Shown here piece after piece: positions 26,621 through 30,211 of a stretch of 30,211 nt of DNA; position 1 is the stretch's first letter; each line of letters opens with the position of its first letter. The DNA comes from a virus (taxonomy: Duplodnaviria; Heunggongvirae; Uroviricota; Caudoviricetes). A program made the position numbers and the translations under genes. Location of the stretch: the IMG/VR virus record IMGVR_UViG_2693429554_000017, one strand, 5' to 3'. Below the pieces are notes generated by a model. The model was not told where the DNA came from. It was given only the letters and a program-made list of their open reading frames with translations, and ran no database searches.

Positions 26621-27100
26621 ATGATGCTCGCGTTAGGTATGTTTGTTTTTATGCGCCAGACGTTGCCACACCAGACCATGCAGCGTGAATCTGATTATCG
26701 CTGGCCGTCAAATTCCCGTATCGGTAAACGGGATGCCTATCAGTTTCTCGGCGTTGGCGAGGAAAACATCACGCTTGCCGGTATGCTTTATCCCGAACTG
26801 ACCGGCGGAAAGCTGACGATGACCACGCTCAGGATGATGGCAGATGAAGGCCGGGCGTGGCCGTTGCTGGATGGCACCGGCATGATTTACGGCATGTATG
26901 TCATCAGCAAGGTGAGTGAAACAGGGAGTATTTTCTTTGCAGACGGCACACCCCGGAAAATTGATTTTACGCTGTCGCTCACCCGCGTTGATGAATCACT
27001 GGCCGCGCTTTATGGCGATATCGGTAAACAGGCGGAATCGCTCATCGGTAAGGCTGGCAGTATGGCGACCAGATTCACGGGTATGACGGGGGCGGGATAA
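26621..27100 (+). CDS. U: tail protein U
   Basis: 159-aa ORF (MMLALGMFVF...); same length and position as P2 gpU. Confidence 0.85.
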   Translation: MMLALGMFVFMRQTLPHQTMQRESDYRWPSNSRIGKRDAYQFLGVGEENITLAGMLYPELTGGKLTMTTLRMMADEGRAWPLLDGTGMIYGMYVISKVSETGSIFFADGTPRKIDFTLSLTRVDESLAALYGDIGKQAESLIGKAGSMATRFTGMTGAG

Positions 27101-28263
27101 TGCTGGATGCGCTGACATTTGATGCAGGTAGTACGCTGACGCCGGATTACATGCTGATGCTCGACAGCAGGGATATTACCGGCAATATCAGTGACCGTCT
27201 GATGAGCATGACCCTGACGGATAACCGGGGCTTTGAGGCTGACCAGCTTGATATTGAACTGAACGATGCCGACGGGCAGGTCGGGCTGCCGGTTCGTGGC
27301 GCTGTCCTGACGGTGTATATCGGCTGGAAAGGTTTTGCCCTGGTATGCAAAGGGAAATTCACCGTTGATGAGGTTGAACACCGGGGCGCGCCGGATGTGG
27401 TCACCATCCGCGCCCGGAGTGCAGATTTCCGCGGGACGCTCAATTCCCGCCGTGAAGGCTCCTGGCATGACACCACGCTCGGTGCGATTGTTGAGGCGAT
27501 AGCCTCCCGTAACAGGCTGGAAGCCAGTGTCGCTCCGTCACTGGCCGGAATTAAAATCCCGCACATCGACCAGTCGCAGGAGTCTGATGCGAAATTCCTG
27601 ACCCGTCTTGCAGAACGCAACGGCGGTGAGGTGTCGGTAAAAATGGGAAAATTGTTGTTTCTCAAAGCGGGGCAGGGGGTGACGGCCAGCGGTAAAAAAA
27701 TCCCGCAGATTACCATCACCCGCAGCGACGGCGACCGTCATCATTTTGCGATTGCTGACCGTGGAGCCTACACCGGCGTAACGGCAAAGTGGTTACACAC
27801 CAAAGACCCGAAGCCGCAAAAGCAGAAGGTAAAACTGAAACGCAAAAAGAAAGAGAAACACCTGCGCGCACTGGAGCACCCGAAAGCGAAACCGGTCAGG
27901 CAGAAGAAAGCGCCAAAAGTACCGGAAGCGCGCGAAGGTGAATACATGGCCGGTGAGGCTGACAACGTTTTTGCCCTGACCACGGTATATGCCACGAAAG
28001 CACAGGCCATGCGTGCTGCTCAGGCGAAGTGGGACAAACTGCAACGGGGCGTTGCGGAGTTCTCCATCATCCTGGCTACCGGTCGTGCAGATATTTACAC
28101 GGAAACACCGGTCAGAGTGTCAGGCTTTAAGCGCGTCATAGACGAGCAGGACTGGACAATCACTAAGGTGACACATTTTCTGAATAATAGCGGCTTCACG
28201 ACGTCCTTGGAGCTTGAGGTCAGGCTTTCTGATGTGGAGTACGAAACAGAAGATTATGAGTGA
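27100..28263 (+). CDS. D: tail protein D
   Basis: 387-aa ORF, same length as P2 gpD as I recall; start overlaps the U stop. Confidence 0.85.
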   Translation: MLDALTFDAGSTLTPDYMLMLDSRDITGNISDRLMSMTLTDNRGFEADQLDIELNDADGQVGLPVRGAVLTVYIGWKGFALVCKGKFTVDEVEHRGAPDVVTIRARSADFRGTLNSRREGSWHDTTLGAIVEAIASRNRLEASVAPSLAGIKIPHIDQSQESDAKFLTRLAERNGGEVSVKMGKLLFLKAGQGVTASGKKIPQITITRSDGDRHHFAIADRGAYTGVTAKWLHTKDPKPQKQKVKLKRKKKEKHLRALEHPKAKPVRQKKAPKVPEAREGEYMAGEADNVFALTTVYATKAQAMRAAQAKWDKLQRGVAEFSIILATGRADIYTETPVRVSGFKRVIDEQDWTITKVTHFLNNSGFTTSLELEVRLSDVEYETEDYE

Positions 28264-28344
28264 TGTCTTTTGTTTATCTGTTTGTTTTATAAAGATAAAT
28301 TAACTAAAATGGCACTATCAACAAAACCGGAAGAGGTGCTCGCG

Positions 28345-28563
28345 ATGTTTCATTGTCCTTTATGCCAGCATGCCGCACATGCGCGTACAAGTCGCTATAT
28401 CACTGACACGACAAAAGAGCGTTATCACCAGTGCCAGAACGTGAATTGCAGCGCCACGTTCATCACGTATGAGTCGGTACAGAGATACATCGTGAAGCCG
28501 GGAGAAGTCCACGCCGTAAGGCCGCACCCGTTGCCGTCAGGGCAGCAAATTATGTGGATGTAA
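28345..28563 (+). CDS. ogr: late-gene transcriptional activator Ogr (zinc finger)
   Basis: ORF 28270..28563; preferred ATG 28345 (MFHCPLCQHAAHARTSRYITDTTKERYHQCQNVNCSATF...) with AAGAGG upstream; 72 aa with CxxC...CxxxxC zinc-binding pattern. Confidence 0.85.
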   Translation: MFHCPLCQHAAHARTSRYITDTTKERYHQCQNVNCSATFITYESVQRYIVKPGEVHAVRPHPLPSGQQIMWM

Positions 28564-28573
28564 TTACAGGCAG

Positions 28574-28606
28574 AAAGCCCCTCAGTCGAGGGGCTTTATC
28601 TTATTT
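28574..28606 (+). terminator. rho-independent terminator after ogr
   Basis: AAAGCCCCTC-AGTC-GAGGGGCTTT hairpin followed by a T-rich tract; also lies just 3' of the convergent minus-strand gene 28614..29021. Confidence 0.7.
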
Positions 28607-28613
28607 GAGCTAT

Positions 28614-29021
28614 TTACTTACCTGTGTAGGTATGAGTTTTGGATAACACTACTGTTTGTGCAGGTTTTTCCATTAACGGAGCGATTTCATTGCATGTGGC
28701 TAATGGGTCTTCAAAGGTATATCCAATAGACTTATATTGGTTAACTATATTGATTTCACTTACATTTTTTAAAAATGAAGAAGGAGCGTCATGTGTCCAA
28801 AGTGGGGTGCATACACCGGACATAATTAAATGATTATAGGCTTCAGATGTGATTTTTTTACCAGGGAGAACAACGGTAAGAGAGCTATCTTTTATTGTGA
28901 TTTCCAGTGGTTGCCATGGTTTCAGTTGTTTTTGAAGAGTTTTAATGTCATTCGTGTTTGCGTATGCATTGAGTGAAATTATTAAGGTGGTTATTGCCAT
29001 TATTGATTTAAGAGTTGCCAT
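28614..29021 (-). CDS. secreted/periplasmic protein of unknown function (moron)
   Basis: 135-aa minus-strand ORF with AAGGA about 8 nt upstream. N-terminal signal peptide ending AYA (MATLKSIMAITTLIISLNAYA|NTND...), two Cys in the mature part. Markedly AT-rich compared with flanking phage genes. Confidence 0.6.
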   Translation of the reverse strand: MATLKSIMAITTLIISLNAYANTNDIKTLQKQLKPWQPLEITIKDSSLTVVLPGKKITSEAYNHLIMSGVCTPLWTHDAPSSFLKNVSEINIVNQYKSIGYTFEDPLATCNEIAPLMEKPAQTVVLSKTHTYTGK

Positions 29022-29065
29022 AGAAAATCCTTAATAAACATTTGGTTGAGTAAATGTTATACATC

Positions 29066-29106
29066 TAAAAAAAGAAAAAAATAAAGCCCCATATGCTTGG
29101 GGCTTT
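29066..29106 (-). terminator. rho-independent terminator (minus strand)
   Basis: On the minus strand AAAGCCCCAAGCATATGGGGCTTT hairpin followed by a long T-rich run (plus-strand A-run 29066-29082). Confidence 0.5.
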
Positions 29107-29115
29107 CGGTAATCG

Positions 29116-29135
29116 ATGTGGACGCTATGTGGACA
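29116..29135. repeat. tandem direct repeat ATGTGGAC x2, candidate integrase arm-type site
   Basis: ATGTGGAC-GCT-ATGTGGACA, two 8-bp direct repeats 3 bp apart, in non-coding DNA between the moron and fieF. Confidence 0.35.
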
Positions 29136-29200
29136 GCGTTTGATATAAATCCATTTATATCATCAGGTTAGGTGCTTTTTTGTGACACCATCCCTGTCTT

Positions 29201-29228
29201 CCCCCACATGATGTGGGGGTTTTTTTTA
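29201..29228 (+). terminator. rho-independent terminator upstream of fieF
   Basis: CCCCCAC-ATGA-TGTGGGGG hairpin followed by TTTTTTTT; origin (host or phage side of the junction) is ambiguous. Confidence 0.6.
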
Positions 29229-29308
29229 TCCTCAATTTGCCTGCTGCTTAATGCATTGCAGATGATTTGCTTCCGTTATACTACCGTCAGTTGATAGCGG
29301 GAGTATTT

Positions 29309-30211
29309 ATGAATCAATCTTATGGACGGCTGGTCAGTCGGGCGGCGATTGCTGCGACGGCGATGGCTTCGCTGCTATTGCTGATTAAAATTTTTGCATG
29401 GTGGTATACCGGGTCGGTGAGTATTCTCGCCGCGCTGGTGGATTCGCTGGTGGATATCGGCGCGTCGTTGACGAATTTACTGGTGGTGCGATATTCCCTG
29501 CAACCTGCCGACGATAATCACTCGTTTGGTCACGGTAAAGCTGAGTCCCTCGCGGCGCTGGCGCAAAGTATGTTTATCTCCGGTTCGGCACTATTCCTGT
29601 TTTTGACGGGTATTCAACATCTGGTATCTCCAACACCGATGACAGATCCAGGCGTCGGGGTTATCGTGACAATTGTGGCGCTAATTTGTACGATTATCCT
29701 TGTCTCGTTTCAGCGTTGGGTGGTGCGCCGGACGCAAAGCCAGGCGGTGCGGGCTGATATGCTACATTACCAGTCTGATGTTATGATGAACGGCGCAATT
29801 CTGCTGGCGCTGGGGTTGTCCTGGTACGGCTGGCATCGCGCCGATGCTCTGTTTGCATTGGGGATCGGCATCTATATTTTATATAGCGCGTTACGCATGG
29901 GATATGAGGCGGTACAGTCATTACTGGATCGCGCATTGCCTGATGAGGAACGGCAAGAAATTATTGATATCGTGACTTCCTGGCCGGGTGTTAGCGGCGC
30001 TCACGATCTTCGCACGCGGCAGTCAGGGCCGACCCGCTTTATTCAGATTCATTTGGAAATGGAAGACTCTCTGCCTTTGGTTCAGGCACATATGGTGGCG
30101 GATCAGGTAGAGCAGGCTATTTTACGGCGTTTTCCGGGATCGGATGTGATTATCCATCAGGACCCCTGTTCCGTCGTACCCAGGGAGGGTAAACGGTCTA
30201 TGCTTTCATAA
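29309..30211 (+). CDS. fieF: cation diffusion facilitator, ferrous-iron/zinc efflux pump FieF (YiiP)
   Basis: ORF 29267..30211; preferred ATG 29309 ([36 protein letters not shown]...), 300 aa; six predicted transmembrane helices plus a cytoplasmic C-terminal domain. Host chromosomal gene. Confidence 0.9.
   Translation: MNQSYGRLVSRAAIAATAMASLLLLIKIFAWWYTGSVSILAALVDSLVDIGASLTNLLVVRYSLQPADDNHSFGHGKAESLAALAQSMFISGSALFLFLTGIQHLVSPTPMTDPGVGVIVTIVALICTIILVSFQRWVVRRTQSQAVRADMLHYQSDVMMNGAILLALGLSWYGWHRADALFALGIGIYILYSALRMGYEAVQSLLDRALPDEERQEIIDIVTSWPGVSGAHDLRTRQSGPTRFIQIHLEMEDSLPLVQAHMVADQVEQAILRRFPGSDVIIHQDPCSVVPREGKRSMLS

Noticed and set aside
29041-29308. Exact attR core.
   Set aside because: The matching attL lies outside the window, and the P2 core sequence as I recall it is not present here; only candidate arm-type repeats are reported.
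1-30211. CRISPR arrays, insertion sequences/transposases, toxin-antitoxin pairs or multi-gene defence operons.
   Set aside because: No regularly spaced direct repeats, no transposase-like ORF or terminal inverted repeats, and no unassigned ORF over 150 aa outside the P2 backbone were found.

Overview
This window is an almost complete P2-family (Peduovirus-like) prophage of about 29 kb in an enterobacterial, E. coli-like chromosome. It starts at the integrase stop codon and ends at the stop of the host cation-efflux gene fieF. Gene order is collinear with P2: int, C, cox, orf78-like, B, orf80-83-like, A, then an accessory slot, cos, Q, P, O, N, M, L, X, Y, K, lysA, lysB, lysC, R, S, V, W, J, I, H, G, then FI, FII, E/E', T, U, D, ogr. 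Several protein lengths match what I recall for P2, which supports the calls. Differences from P2 are concentrated in three accessory positions. (1) The slot between A and cos (5776-6667), where P2 carries tin/old, is only about 0.9 kb here and holds a bidirectional terminator, a 37-aa ORF with a strong Shine-Dalgarno, and a pair of 15-bp direct repeats. (2) The slot between G and FI, where P2 carries Z/fun, holds a Gin/Hin-type serine invertase, a second inverted tail-fibre assembly gene, an alternative fibre tip broken by two frameshifts, and a tRNA-like gene with its own promoter and terminator. (3) Between ogr and the right attachment region there is an AT-rich gene for a 135-aa signal-peptide protein of unknown function. 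No recognisable multi-gene defence system, CRISPR array or transposase is visible; the candidates for anything new are the small cargo elements in these three slots. All calls rest on reading the sequence and on recalled family knowledge; no database search was run.
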